A stretch of 64,000 nt of DNA, from positions 61,690,001-61,754,000 of the forward strand of contig NC_079167.1 of assembly GCF_947568905.1 (NCBI RefSeq), in the 5' to 3' direction. The translations under genes and the position numbers were made by a program. Below are positions 22,572-36,429 of this stretch, piece by piece. Below the pieces are notes generated by a model. It saw nothing but the letters and a program-made list of their open reading frames with translations. It did no database searches and had not been told where the DNA came from. This stretch comes from Ostrea edulis (taxonomy: Eukaryota). Numbering within the stretch: position 1 is the first letter of the stretch; each line of letters opens with the position of its first letter.

Positions 22572-25500
22572 TCAGTATCTTGTGGTTAGTTCTTTGGAAA
22601 CTGTGTATTCCACCCCCGTCTTACTGTCTACCGCTGTTATTCTTAATTCTGTCTCTCCAAATACTAGTGTTTCTTCTATTTCCACGATTTCTCTGTTTCT
22701 GAAATTTTCTAAAGGAATGTTCAGTGTGATGAGAGGAGTGCAGTCATCGACAAATTTCGGATCGTCTTCTTCAGAAATATATACAACGCATTCCAAAAAG
22801 GATTGCTTTGTATCCAAAACCTGAAAAGCCTGAGATTTTGAACAGCCTGGTTCTATCGGATCCCCTATCGTGACAAATTTATGGAAGACATCTTTGCAAC
22901 GTACTTTACCGTTGATAATTACTCTCTTGTTGCTAGGATGAAGACGGGGGTCGAACGGAGGCCAAGATTGCATACCGAATGTATATGGAGCACAACGAAT
23001 TGAAATAGCTTCCGGTAGGTACCCAAAGTAGACCGCGCCTTTTAGGACGATGAGTCCCGAGTCGTGTGGTGCAATTACAGTTTTTGATTCAAAATGTTCT
23101 TTTATTCTTTGGCGAACAATTTCACATTCAGAAAACCCTCCAACCAATAGGATGTACGGAATTTCAGATGACACATGTTCAAAAACGTCATCCATTTTCT
23201 TCATAATTTCTCTCACGATAGGTTCAAAGAGTTTCATCGTCAAGTTCTCATTTAACGTCAATTTGTTTCTTCGAAATACCAGATCGGAGGAATACTTCGA
23301 AGATTTGATGGCTGTTTCGAAGTCTTTGTCTGCTGAATGTTCTTTCATAACTTCGTTTATTGATACAGGAATATTTATTGTGATAGAGGGTTTGTTTATC
23401 TTGACCTGTCGCTTTTTTACTTCAAAGTCTCTAAGAAGTTCCAAGTAATCTTCCATTTCCTCATCAATAAATGATTTCATGACTTTCCCACCAACAATCT
23501 CTTCCACGAATCGTTGGAATTTATCCGTCACTGCTTTTCCACCCCATGGGCCACCAGATGCTCTCCAAAGTTCTTGCAACTTATTATTCTGGGTTCTTCT
23601 ATGGACGGTCAAATCTGCAGTACCCCCTGTAATTAATTTGTATTAATATGTAATTGTAGTGGTACACAAGAACTGAATATACGTTGACAACGTCTATTTT
23701 ATATTCATTAGAGATATCAAGAATGCCACCAAATAATTTTACTCAAATTCATTTGTTGACAGTGTATCAAATACCTCCCAAGTCTGCAACCATGTATTGA
23801 ACTCCTGGTTTTGCAAGCTGAGACTGTCCAATATCTTCCACATTGAATGGCAGGGTTTGACAAAACACAGAGGCTGCTTCAGGCTCCAACGCCACAACTA
23901 ACAAATTTGGGTGTATACCAGCCTGGAAAAGGAAGACATGTTGAAGTCAAAACTAACAAATCTGAGTGTATACTTGTAATGAATCCGGAATTTATAACGT
24001 TGTATGTGATTGGTTTTGAATATATAGAGGTAGCACGGAATAAAATGGCGGAACCCATGAATGCGTGTTTTGATTGATTAGCGAGTATACAGCTAATAAT
24101 CTACAAAGACAGTACAATACTAGCCTGGAAAAGGACGATATGCTGAAGTTAAAACTAACAAATCTGGGTGCATGTCAGCTTGGAAAAGGACAACAAGCTG
24201 AAGTCAAAACTAACATTTCCAGCCTGGAAAAGGACGATATGTTGAAGTTAAAACCAAATATTTTGATTGTATACCCGCCTGGAAAAGGGAGAAATATGAT
24301 GAACTCCTTTGAAGTCCAGTTTGTTTGATTTTTTAAAAATATTATTATTCCCTATGTGGAACTAAAGAAATTTTTCACAAAGGTAGCGCTAGCCTAGTGG
24401 TTTGGGCACACACCACACACTTTGTAACTGTGAGGTCTCGGATTCAATTCTAAATCCTGTCTGCGTTAAAAGGCAACGATTTTTATTCGCCAATCGCCCG
24501 GTATTAGAAGAGAACGACAAAGGGGTCTTTCGGGTGTGACAAGACCGAGTGTGCCACGCACAGGTCAAAATCTGTTGCCCTTCCATAAGGGTGAAAAACG
24601 GAAAACAATATATAACACACAAAACAATCTCTTGCAACGATAAAAAGATACTACATGTTTTATAAACTTATAATAGAGAAATCTAAACGATAGCATAAAT
24701 ACATTCATGTATTCATGTTGGAGCTTCGTTGAAGACTGGTCTTACCTTAATAGCAGCTTTTCGCATAAAAAGTTTGGCTCTTTCATCCCAAATAGCAGGA
24801 ACAGTGAGTACAAACAAAACATCTTCATCCTTTGCCCCTGTTATTGCATTCTTTAACTGGGCCAAGAGGAGTTTCTTGAGTTCGCGAATCGCATGGGCAA
24901 ATACGAGGAAAGCCTGCATGGGTTTACCAATGACATCCTCCACAACCGAGCCATCGGTAACATTCTAACAAAAACACAAAATCCCATTGCTTTTACTGTA
25001 ATTATTTCAAATACAATATAAATGCTGTATAATATCTTTCTAATAAAACTATTCCAATAGAACATGGGACCATAGTAGTGTGGTTGAGGACCATATCGAA
25101 AGTGGAAATATTGTGACAGCATCTTTCCGTGGGATTTAACAATACTGATTTGAAAATTTGATAGTTTATTTTTATAGTTACTTGAATAATGGCAGTTCAT
25201 TGCATCGTGTTCGTGAAAGGCGAAAATAACGAACAGTGATCTATCTTGATTTCGTGGACAAGTCAACTCCACAAATAAATTTTTTAAAAAATACCACGAT
25301 AAATAGACCATGTTTAAGTTAAATTTCAAGTGCATAAAATAATCTTACCTTGGAGATATGGAGTTTCATTTTGAAATTGTTGAAATAATAGTAGTCTCGG
25401 TACTTTTTTCCTGGAAGTTTTGCTAGTTCACTGTATTCATTCTCTGCCGTATAACCAAAGGAATTAAACGATTGGTCTGGGTTCAAAAGAACTACCGTAG

Positions 25501-25675
25501 GCGCTTTCTCAGACATCAGGTTACCGCCGGTCCATTTATTAGTACGTACAATTTCCCACGAGTCTTTAGAGGAAAATGCATAGCCTGAATATGTCGTTCC
25601 AAAATCGATTGCAGCAACAAACAAAAATGGTGGTCTGGGGGGTTTCTTTGGAATTCTTGACGAAAGCATGCTCAT
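22572..25675 (-). CDS. HSPA12: HSPA12-like atypical HSP70 (gene 1), 582 aa; exons 25675-25349, 24964-24746, 23922-23775, 23626-22572
   Basis: VAAIDFGTTYSGYAFS, LTVPAIWDE, ALEPEAAS, ADLGGGTADLTVH, ASGGPWGG and LLVGGFSEC motifs; GT-AG introns in phases 0,0,1; no EEVD. Confidence 0.92.
23900..24290 (-). repeat. Tandem duplications (about 45-55 bp) of the HSPA12 exon-3 acceptor and exon start
   Basis: GCCTGGAAAAGG (minus CCTTTTCCAG|GC) at 23921 (true site), 24123, 24222 and 24277, with a degenerate copy at 24178. Confidence 0.85.
24385..24620 (+). mobile_element. Degenerate tRNA-derived SINE-like repeat
   Basis: GCTAGCCTAGTGGTTTGGG...GGATTCAATTC A/B-box-like head followed by a non-coding body. 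Confidence 0.4.
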
Positions 25676-25963
25676 AAAACGTGTTCAATGCTACAAAACA
25701 AATAAATAAATGGACTAACGCAGAACGCTTCTCCATAAACTACAAGGTATTTTTTATGAAGTAGTCAAGAACATTTATCTATATCCATCATTAACCATCC
25801 TTCTATGCACTTTCTTTTGAAATGCAGTTTTGGTATCTATTACCATTGGTATCACCGATCCAAGTAAAAAGTAGTCACCTATTTGAATGGGTTAATATCA
25901 CCAACTCATATTGAGATTATATTATTCACCTGTATCCCGTTTGTACTTTGGTTGCGTCAAATG

Positions 25964-26330
25964 AAAGGTGAAGATAACGAACAGTGATCAATCTCATAAC
26001 TCCTGTAAGCAATACAAAATAGAGAGTTAGGCAAACACGGACCACTGGACACACCAGAGGTGGGATCAGGTGTCTGGGAGGAGTAGGCATCCCCTGTCGA
26101 CCGGTTACACCCGCCGAGAGCCCTATATCCTGATCAGGTAAACGGAGTTACCTGTAGTCAAAATCAGTGTGCCAAGAACGACCTAACAATCGGTATGAAA
26201 CACGTCAGACAGCATTTGACCCAATGATAGGTTGTATTGACGAACTAGATTGTTATAACGAACATAGAATTTGCGAAATGCTGACTTCAATCGAGACTGT
26301 AGAAACCCCTGTACCATCAACTTGTTTGTA
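25964..26330 (-). mobile_element. Penelope-like element 3' fragment
   Basis: AAAGGTGAAGATAACGAACAGTGATC...; encodes KLMVQGFLQSRLKSAFRKFY...DVFHTDC*. Confidence 0.85.
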
Positions 26331-26557
26331 AGAATGTAAGAATTAAAAATATTAAGCAACAGCTCTTTCATCAAATGCTTGGCAGTCGCGGGTCTATGGG
26401 ACAAGATATCAGATATCGAGGTGCTGTAGTATTGAAGGTGTCAGCATTATAGAGAATCCCCACTGCTAATACCAAGTATCTAGATTTATATATCAATTAC
26501 TTTCACAACACCGGTTCTCTCTTTCTATCTCTATACTGTATTACAGCTATAGTCCAT

Positions 26558-26835
26558 ATCCGGGTTAGAATAGGTCCTCAATACTCCTTGCTTGTCATAA
26601 AAGGCGACCAAATGGAGAGGTCCTTCGGATGAAACTGCAAAAAAAAAAACACCAAAAAAAAAAAACAAAACAAAAAAACCCCCAAAAACGAGGTGCCTGT
26701 CAAAACAGGTGTGGCACGATAAAGATCCATTCCCGCTCAAAGGCCGTAAGCGCAGAGCATAGGCCTAACAACGGCAATGGTGACGTATCCATATGAGTGA
26801 AAATTCTATGAGTGAAAATTAAGCAATATACAATC
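26558..26835 (+). mobile_element. SINE body and tail without a visible tRNA head
   Basis: Shares GGTGTGGCACG.TAAAGA, CTCAA.GGCCGTAA and GGTGACGT.TCCATATGAGTGAAAA with the split SINE at 46919-48372. Confidence 0.6.
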
Positions 26836-28014
26836 TACGAACCAACCCTTCTCAATACACGTGCAGTGTACATGTATATTGTTTTGTACTGATGTAGTGC
26901 ATTAAAAAAAAAATTGAAAGTCAATCAGCACACCATGCATTAATTGAATTATTCCTAAGATTGCGAAAATTTCTTAACCTAACTTTTCAAAGGGTATATA
27001 TCCCTTTTTGAGAATAAAAACTCCTGGAGAAACTTAATGTACCTATAATAATGCAACACAATGCTTTGACCATAGATCTGAAACATACCATGAAAATTCA
27101 ATGAAAACGACAATTTGGATAAAAATAATGCCTGTCAATTAAAATTGATTGTAACAGATTTTTTTTTTTTATACCTATGCTTAAAATGATTTCAAAATCT
27201 TCCCCAAACGAATAAGATACACTCCCAAATGTCTACTTTCGTTTTGCGAATAAAGTTTTAGAACTTAGAAATCAAAGCAAATATGTATAATGGTTGAATC
27301 GGGTCTTCTTAAACAAGTAACACACCATACGTATCACGTTACTTACAAATAATGTTCGAGGTTATATTACTTTCCAAAAAACATCACAACTCTTCTCAGA
27401 GGCAAATCAAACGTTAGTAATAATCAATAACGAACGACAACTAGTCCTAGACAATGCACAATCTATAGAGATTGGACAATACATTGATTCCCAGAATTAA
27501 AGGGAAGCGTACATGCGTATGGGTTGTCTGTTCCCTATTTAAGAAGGGATAACGCACCAGAGTAATCTGATATGATTGAAAACTGAAGGATATGTGCAAT
27601 TATATTTTGAAATTGAATAGTTACAAATTTACCTTATTTATGCAGCTTAAACACACGGGTAAACGCGTTGTCGGCTATTTGGTTGTTATCAGACCATGCA
27701 GACATTCGGTTTAAAATGGTTTCTGACTGGTAAGTTTATTTACTCAAAATCATTGTGATAACTGTTCTTAACAATTTAAATGTATATATTGATGTATTTA
27801 CGATTAACTACTTACTGTAATATTTCTTGTTTGTATTCACTTAGACCAGAAGTAAACACTTCTAAAATGTTGCTACATTACCAAATATTTAATTGTATGC
27901 ATATTTATATTTGAGGATGTGTCCACGAGGCCGGGTGAGTATTGTTCATTTTATCATTAGACTCTTACCTTTTTCAAATGTTTTTCGCGCAATATTAACT
28001 TTGAGTTACTTTTC

Positions 28015-28016
<2 letters not shown>

Positions 28017-28071
<55 letters not shown>
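28017..28071. repeat. (TA)n microsatellite (others at 19842-19889, 37467-37492, 38080-38118; (CT)n at 54942-54992, 55666-55710)
   Basis: Directly visible. Confidence 0.95.
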
Positions 28072-28075
<4 letters not shown>

Positions 28076-28559
28076 ATTTATATTCCATTCAAGTTTCAAA
28101 AGGAAGACGATTTATTGATTGTTCATCCTTAACACTTTGAGTATCAATATTTTATTGATATCTAATCAGTTATTGATATCAAGAAAATTAGAAAAAGAAT
28201 GCAGATCTCGGATATCAATTGTAAAACTTGTCTTAGAACAAGGACCTGTTCCATTTCAGAAATTCAAATGTTACGATGGATAGAAGATTATCCGGTTGAC
28301 AACATTGATCTCAGCGTCAAGAAAACAACTTATACTTCTGCTCCGAATTCCGAAATTAGTGACTCTGGTGAAGAAACAACAGGATATTACATGTATCGAC
28401 AACAGAAACAGATTGATGAACTAACTCGAATGTGTCATGGATGATCTGACAAACCCTCAAGTCAGCAATCAGAATCACGAAAGAGATCAAAACAGCGGCT
28501 CGGTTCGGTTCGAAATCGAACACAGGACAACTAAAGCTCCATGAAATTAGAACTGTTGA

Positions 28560-30564
28560 CATTGAAATGGTCTGTCACCGAATAATTTCGAGATTACTTG
28601 TTAGGATCCAAAGTCGTGTTTGCGGATAATAATCCACTAAGCTACTTGCAGACGGCTAAACTTGGTACAACAGAGATGAGATGATATAATCATCTAGGAC
28701 AGTTCTATTTTTCTATGAAATACAGATCAGGAAAAGTAAAACTGATGCTCTAAGTAGGAGACCCAATTCAATTGAAGATCCTGAGACCGTTATTCAGTCT
28801 GTGACAAAGAGCACATTGATATGTGATCTTATTGGTGAAAATGTACTTTGTTTAAACACTTGTTTAGTGAATATTGCATCAGTCGAAACAGCTGCTATGG
28901 TACCATGATTTCTCCCTGCAGATTTGATGCCTTTAAAAAACCCACATGCTCCCCTGTTTTAAGTTGTGTGATATATTCGATAAAAAGACCAGAGCAGTTG
29001 ACCAAAAGTGTGATTCGTAAGGAGAATATCGAAGAAAGATGTGTGAAAACTGTTAAATCAGAAGAGCAAACTATTCATGGAAAATTCAGTGCTATTCAAA
29101 AATGTGCAAGGATGAAACTGGAAAAATCAGACAACTCGTTTTACCAGAATCTCTGAAAGAGAAAGTGTTGGACATGCAGCATGCATGATCATGCTGGACA
29201 TCAAGGTGTGGAACGAACACTGGCATTACTACAGAAAAGATGTTTTTGGATACGAATGGCTTAGGATATGCAAAAGTGGTGTAAAAACTGCTTGCATCAA
29301 GCCACCAATGGGTAATATTATTGACAGACATGTTCTCAGGCAGTACCAACAAGAGATCAGAGAACTGTAACAGTGACTAAAACGCTTAAGGACTGGTTCG
29401 TGAAGTATGGTATACCTCATAGAATACACAGTGACCAGGGACGTAATTTTGAGAGTCGCGTTGTGCAAGAACTGTGCAAATTGTATGGCATAGAAAAATC
29501 GAGAACCACACCGTATCATGCTGAAGGAAACGGCCTGTGTGAACCTTTTAACCGAACAATGCATGATCGACTAAGAACTCTACTTCTGATCAAAAGAAGA
29601 GATGGGCTGCATTTCTTCCAGAGCTTATATATGTTTATAACTCTACTGTTCATTCGTCAACAGGATATTCTCCTTATTGTCTGTTTTGGACGGGAGCCTA
29701 CTTTGCCATCGATTTCATTCTAGAAACGCATGCTAATGCAGAGTTTAACGTTCCCACCATAGATGACTGGATTGACAAACACAAGAAAAGACTTGGTGAA
29801 GCTTTGCGTTCGGCAGCTATCAACACTGAAAAAATGCACTGTGTAGGAAATATTTCCAGAACAGGAATACCAAGGAAGCATAAATCAAAATTGGCACGGG
29901 AGTGTTATTGCGAAATCGTGTGATATGGAGAAACAAAATTCAGGATACTTGGTCGTCCATACCATATAAGGCGGTTGCAAGACCTGGAGAAAATGTATAT
30001 ATAATATTTAGCTTGCTGACGCGACTGGACCAACTCGGAGTGTTACACGTTCCGAACTTTTGGACACCGGCAATAAAGTCTAAGATGAAGTGGATAGTGA
30101 CATTAGCGATGCCAGTGATGTGATTGTTGGCCAGCTTGTAGACATCACACCACAAGAAGCGCATCCAATAGATGTGAATCACGCTGATGCAACTGGTGGA
30201 CAGAGTTGAGGAAGACTTGTGTGGCGACGTGCACCAAGACGCTCAGAACGTTCGACCAGAGGGGAACATTCAAATCCATTTCATTTACCAAAAGGTGCTG
30301 TTGTGAGAAATATTCTCCATTGAAAACAAAGGACTTTGCTACTTTGGGTGCGTCGTTGAGAGCTTCTTTAAGTGCAACACAACATTTAGCCAGTCATGGG
30401 CAAATGCACATACATGTATACCAAAGCAGTAGTTTTTAAAAAAAAAGTGTATACATGTATATGTGATACACAAAGACTATATAGATATTTTAGAATAGGT
30501 TATTAATGTTTCCAAAATTGTGTTTTCACATTGATAGGGACAGCAATATCAAAGGGGGGAGATA
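28560..30564 (+). mobile_element. Degenerate Gypsy/Ty3 pol remnant (RNase H C-terminus, integrase, tail) with PPT
   Basis: FRDYLLGSK..ADNNPLSYLQTAKLG (28585-28680); [17 protein letters not shown]...[12 protein letters not shown] (29373-29723); many stops and frameshifts; PPT AAAGGGGGGAGA at 30551-30562. Confidence 0.85.
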
Positions 30565-31050
30565 TGTAAGAAAGAGGAAACTTAATTTCAAATTGTAGGG
30601 AAAAAAGTATTGATATGATGATGGGATCTGAACCGGAGACCACTTGATTTGGGGTCGAGGTCGTTACCTCTTGTCCGTATCATTTTAAGTGTTGACATAT
30701 TGGGTGAAGTTATGTAACATTAAATAATAAAGACTTAGAAGGTTTGGAAATATAGGATTTATTTGGAATCATTTCTTATTTTCAGTATTTGTAAAAATCA
30801 CTTCGGGTTATGTTATATAAAGAAAACTTTGACATAAAACTAACTATTGATAAATATTATAAAGGGTTTGAGCACCACAGAAAGAGTCTGAGCACTGCAT
30901 TCTTACGATACACTGTCCGAAGGGAAGTGTCTAGCTGTGGTCACCACGTTTTCCCCTTACTTTGGGGAGCACTGTATACTCAGTACTTCACCTTGGAATA
31001 AAGAACCTTTGTACGTGTCAATACTTGTATTATATATGGGTATCTTTACA
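30565..31050 (+). mobile_element. 3' LTR of the degenerate Gypsy element
   Basis: Starts TGTAA just after the PPT, has AATAAA near 30998 and ends TTACA; no matching 5' LTR seen. Confidence 0.6.
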
Positions 31051-31170
31051 TAACATATATCTTTAAATTTTCAACTGTTTTCGCCTACATAATACTATTA
31101 CCAGCAATGCGTATTTATCACTGTATAAATACTTATCATGTCGAGGCTAAAAGACAACAAAACGATATTA

Positions 31171-31460
31171 ACGAAAAGACAACAAAACGATATTTAGCGA
31201 CCCGACATAACGAAAAGACAACAAAACGATATTTAGCGACCCGACATAACGAAAAGACAACAAAACGATATTTAGCGACCCGACATAACGAAAAGACAAC
31301 AAAATGATATTTAGCGACCCGACATAACGAAAAGACAACAAAACGATATTTAGCGACCCGACATAACGAAAAGACAAAAAAATGATATTTAGCGACCTGA
31401 CATAACGAAAAGACAACAAAACGATATTTAGCGACCCGACATAACGAAAAGACGACAAAA
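31171..31460. repeat. 39-bp minisatellite x7
   Basis: Unit ACGAAAAGACAACAAAACGATATTTAGCGACCCGACATA. Confidence 0.95.
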
Positions 31461-31742
31461 TGTTAATATATAACGTATTTCACACCTTGAGTCAGCCGTA
31501 ATGACAACACAGTTCAACAGACAACGACATTTATTCAACAACACCCATAGAAGAAAAATAAGTAAAAGGTTCAATAATATTACAAAAATGGTCAGGAAAA
31601 ATCCTGTCTCTGACTATAAAGTTTATAATGGTAATAATGATATTAATAATAAATCACTCCCAACCCAGGGTAGGGACAAGTTATCCTACCTAACTTAGAC
31701 GGGGGAAGGTCTAAGAAAAAGAAAACCCCTATTTGAATTATG

Positions 31743-32222
31743 AAAGGCGAAGATGACGAACATTTATCAATCTCATAACTCCTATAAGCAATACAAAATA
31801 GATAGTCGAGCAAACACGGACCCCTGGACACACCAGAGGTGGGATCAGATGCCTAGGGGGAGTAAACATCCCCTGTCGACCGGTCACACCCGCCGCGAGC
31901 CCTATATCCTGATCAGGTAAATCAGACAGCATTTGACCCAATGACATGTTGTATTGACGAACTAGATCGTTATAACGACCATAGAATTTGCGAAATGCTG
32001 ACTTCAATCGAGACCCTTGAAACCCCTGTACCATAAACTTGTTTGTCAGTAGCTTGCTTCGATTTAAAAACTGACTATGCGCAGAACAAGCTCTTGCGTA
32101 TCGAATCAGTTGAGAGATATAAACACGATAAGCAGGTGATAATGGAATATTGCTACATAAATATGAGAAGTTGACGATGGAGAAGCTGAAATCATCCCGT
32201 TTGTCATACAGTCGAGTTGTCA
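31743..32222 (-). mobile_element. Penelope-like element 3' fragment with internal deletion
   Basis: Same terminus; encodes QLIRYARACSA...VQGFQGSRLKSAFRKFYGRYNDLV. Confidence 0.85.
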
Positions 32223-32569
32223 GTTTTCATATATATATTTATTTACCTAGCTACTAACTTTTAGGTTGTGGGGTCTAAAATAACTTAACAGGAGCCATCA
32301 GAGAAAGACTGGTGCAACCTGGTAAATACCTAATAAATCTGAATCTAACGTGAGATACTTACAGCAAGTTAATGCTTTCTAAGTCCCCAACTAACTAACT
32401 AAAATCAGGGTATTTATACTAAATTGAGACAATAGAAAATCATAACTTTGAATATATTGAATAGAATACTGAGGGTATGAACTTTACCGTACTTGAGTAC
32501 CACCCATAGAGGTTAAATTATGTACTTCTGGATAATTATCCAATGAAAATTAAGGTTACGAAAGTTAAT

Positions 32570-33270
32570 ACCTTGATACCTCTTCTACAGGATGAAGGCT
32601 AATTCCTGTTCTGTTCTACTATAGTTAACTGTTGCATGCGTTGGTCTTATGGAACATCGTGACGTATGCCATTCCAAAACTTGTCTATTTTACTTTTAAA
32701 ATCGTCGGTGTCTTTGGCACACACTACCTAATCTGGCAATGCGTTCTACTCATTTACTACCCTCAAGCCAAACGAGTGCTTTCTGATATTTAAGCGACAG
32801 TGTCTCTTTGCAAGCGTCTTGCTATGTCCTCGTGTTCTGTTGGCCTTGGCTAGAGGCAGTAGTTTTTGGTCTACTCGATCCCTTCCTGTTGATATCTTGT
32901 ATGTCTAGATCTTATCTCCTCTTTGTGCAGGGATGACAGTCCTGATTTTCTGAGCCTTTCCTCGTACGGTAGATCTTTTAATTCTGTGTATAACCTTGTT
33001 ACTCGTCTTTGAACGCTCTCGGTCTTAACAATGTCGCCTAGCTGGGTACTGCTGGATCCGTGGAGCAGTACCATACTCAAGTATTGGTCTCACCATAGTT
33101 GTATCAAAAGTTTCTTTATCACAACCATGTCCCTGCAAATGAACGATCGCTTGATTAGCCCCAGGATACGGTTTGCTTTTCCAACAGCAGACTTCACATG
33201 CCGGTGAAAGGTCAGCTTGTTGTCAATCTGAACACCCAAGTCTCTTTCAGTTGTTTCCAATTCTCTCTTA
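32570..33270 (-). mobile_element. CR1/L2-clade LINE RT C-terminal fragment
   Basis: ERDLGVQIDNKLTF..H...VGKANRILGLI...VRPILEYG...ESVQRRVTRL..ELKDLPYEERL, degenerate. Confidence 0.75.
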
Positions 33271-36200
33271 TGTCCATTACTGATAGACCTCTACAGAAGA
33301 AAAAAAAAAAAAAGCTGCCGACTCTTGTGACTAGTAACGCTTGTTATCCCTACGTAAGGCTAGCCTTATATATCATAATTTTAAAATATCATAATTTTTA
33401 AAATATGTTTTTTATTTTATGCCTGATTATGTACTTACATGAACCTAATCATACATTGTATACTATCATAATTGTACATTATAACTAATATTATATTTTC
33501 TGTGGTACGACAATCTTTATTTGTACATGTATAGCATTATATATTTTGTATACGGGAGAGGTTGTCTAAGTTGCTAGAACTTGTAACCAATCCTTTTGTA
33601 TATTCATACAATAAAATATGTTCAAATGAAGGCTAGCCTGAATGTTCAAAGCACTACGTAGCCTCTATGATTTTGAACGCAGCCTGGGATCCTCTTCCAT
33701 TGAACTCCTTCCATCATGTACCAATCTCTCACCAGAGGGCGCATTACGCTGCGCTACAACACCTCTGTCAACGTCTAAATGTCAAGATTCTTGGCAAAAC
33801 TTATCTATACCTATAGCATCATGGATAATAATTTTATAAGTTTAAGTTTTATGCTTTAAATCTTTAAGTAGGTTCACAAAAACAACGAATTCCATGATTA
33901 TACTAGTATTATTGAATGAATGAATATTTATATAAACCTTCTAATTCGCTCAGGTGTCTCATATTTACCATCTTCTGATTTTAAAAAATTCAGAGAAGTG
34001 TTTGATTTGCCCAGATATTATCATTACAGTTCGATATGCTAAGTTAGTTTTTGTACGTTTTGATATAACTTTTTAGACGTTGACAGAGGTATTGGTGGAG
34101 CGTAGCGGGAACGATAACTCTGGGTAGAGATTGATCATGTACATGTAGGTTTTTTCAGCAATGGACCACGTGCCTTAGTTTCGCATTTGCACGCCATCGA
34201 GATATTCTGGGAACCTTGGTCATATACTCGCAGGGTACAATCTCAAACTTCCACCAGAGTTCGTTTGCTCACAAACCAAACTCTTCCACTTAGGCATTAT
34301 GGGATAGCGATTTCTTAGGCCGCGTATACTGTGACGTCACTGTAGAATGACGAAAAAACATAACGTCAAACGTAACCAACTTTCAAAACAAGAACGTAAA
34401 CATCAAATTCATTACTTTACCCAATAATTTGAACAGAGTCTCCCTACTTTTTAATGATCTTTTGATCATTTTATGTTTAAAATAAAACCCATACTTTTAT
34501 ATTAATGCTTTTAATATTAATATCTTCAGACTTTTAACTGCGAACTACTTCTTTAGTGTAATTTGTCTGCGTGATAATCGCGGACTCACAATATACAAAT
34601 CTGTATATTGTGGTGCGTCACATAGGAGAGGTCTATCGTAGGTGACGTAATGAGGCCTCGACGGGGAGTTTGGGTACAATCTAAGCAAATTGGTACATGT
34701 CGTATATAAATCTTTATTTACTCTGTGCACCAGTTTGTTGAAATTGTTTCAAAACCCTGTAGTGACACCAAGACATGTTCGATATTGCATATAAATTTTT
34801 TGTTAAATAGCACTCAGTTTCACTTGAAATGTATCCTAAAATTATTTTACACATTTTTACACACGTAATATCACTTCAAATATGGGGTATTTTCATTTCC
34901 GGGCCTCTAAGTGCGAAACTTTCCCCTGCTACCAAGGCCTATCTGCTCCTAGGACTATCGGGGAAAGTTTTTGCAATCTATTAGAATCAATGAATTATAT
35001 TATATTGATTTCAACTGTAAAAGTATTACGTGCAATTTAATATGTTATTGAAAATGAGCAGATGTTAGGGCTTTCGTAGCTTAGATTTAATTGGATCGAA
35101 GAGGGAAGTACATATACAGGCCCTCCATAGTTCCTCCTCAAGTGGACCAGGATTAAAATGTCGAATCTAGATAGTAAGTGACTGTATTTTGATATTTCGC
35201 TAGTGAGCAAAATTTACTTTTAGTGAAATATTGGAGGAAAATATTCGTAACACTATGATGTTGCATCCATTGCATGGCCCGGTTGCAAATTTTCTTTTTA
35301 ATTCTACTTTCGATTTTAGAAACCTAACCCGAATTTCCTTATCTCAATACTATGTAAAACTAACTGAAAGTCTTTCACACTCTCGCTTTTCCACTATTTA
35401 TTTTCAGTATGACTTGAAATTGTTGTAATATTTTTGTTAATGATTTTGGTATCAATTTGTTCTTTTTCTTTAAATCTTCTGAAACCTATGAGTGTATTCA
35501 TATTTGTATGCATATCTGAATGAGAAATGTGGCAGTATGTTATTTACAATGAATTATTTTGGTGAATAGAGGAAAGTGTGAAAGACATGGCTTTTTGCTG
35601 CAGATACTGTGTTTCCAAATGGTTGTTACTGTATACATTATGATATGTATTTGGAAGATGTATAAAATTGTTTAGAAAAAAACATGGCTTACTCAGTGCC
35701 AACAGCTTGCAACTAAATGTTGGCAGTTCTCATCAACTCATTATACTCATTATTTAGTTATGAGTGGAAGTATGTGCGATGTACTAGTCATTCTCTAGGC
35801 ATCCTTAGAAGTGGGACACGTTTTTCCAGTGCAAGGATGAAAATTAATGGTTGTTAGATTACCCTGGGCAAGTGAAATCTAATTGGTTTGGGCAAGTGGA
35901 ACTCTAGACATACTTGCCCGATTGGGCAAGTCAATATTTCAGTTAGGCATGTGATATCTAACCTAGAATTTAAATTCTATATTCTTTATTCCAGGATTTT
36001 CTCACACGTTTGTATGTTGGAAAATCCTCATTAGCAAGTGATCATGTCGGACTGAATATAATCGAGTCTCCGACATACAACTTACATAATCATGCATAGT
36101 TTCTTCTAAGCAAACTCAGGCTGAAGCTTTATAAGTGAAGGAAGCATGATTTCTCAGTTTTCTGTAAATCATATTTTGGGAGAAACAAACAGAAAAGACG

Positions 36201-36429
36201 AAAAGTCAGATTAGAAATAAATAAAAATATGAATTGACAAGGAAACAAGGGTTTCAAGCTGTATAGGAATCTGAATTTTCAGGGCTGTTTGACATGGACA
36301 CTGGTTGGTGTGTCAATGCTAGTGCATCATCATTTGTGATTTGCAATACAACTTACAGAATAAATAATATTCATTTACATTCTTCTTCTCCTAAACCTTC
36401 ATAACGTGAGACTGCTTTTCAAGCAGAAC

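Noticed and set aside
25720-25740. GAACGCTTC as a heat-shock element for HSPA12 gene 1
   Set aside because: The spacing is 3 nt rather than 2, and there are only two half-sites.
28199-28560. Possible gag remnant upstream of the degenerate Gypsy pol
   Set aside because: No zinc knuckle or other diagnostic motif visible; left outside the element boundaries.
31107-31458. ORFs with 13-aa repeats on both strands
   Set aside because: Products of the 39-bp tandem repeat.
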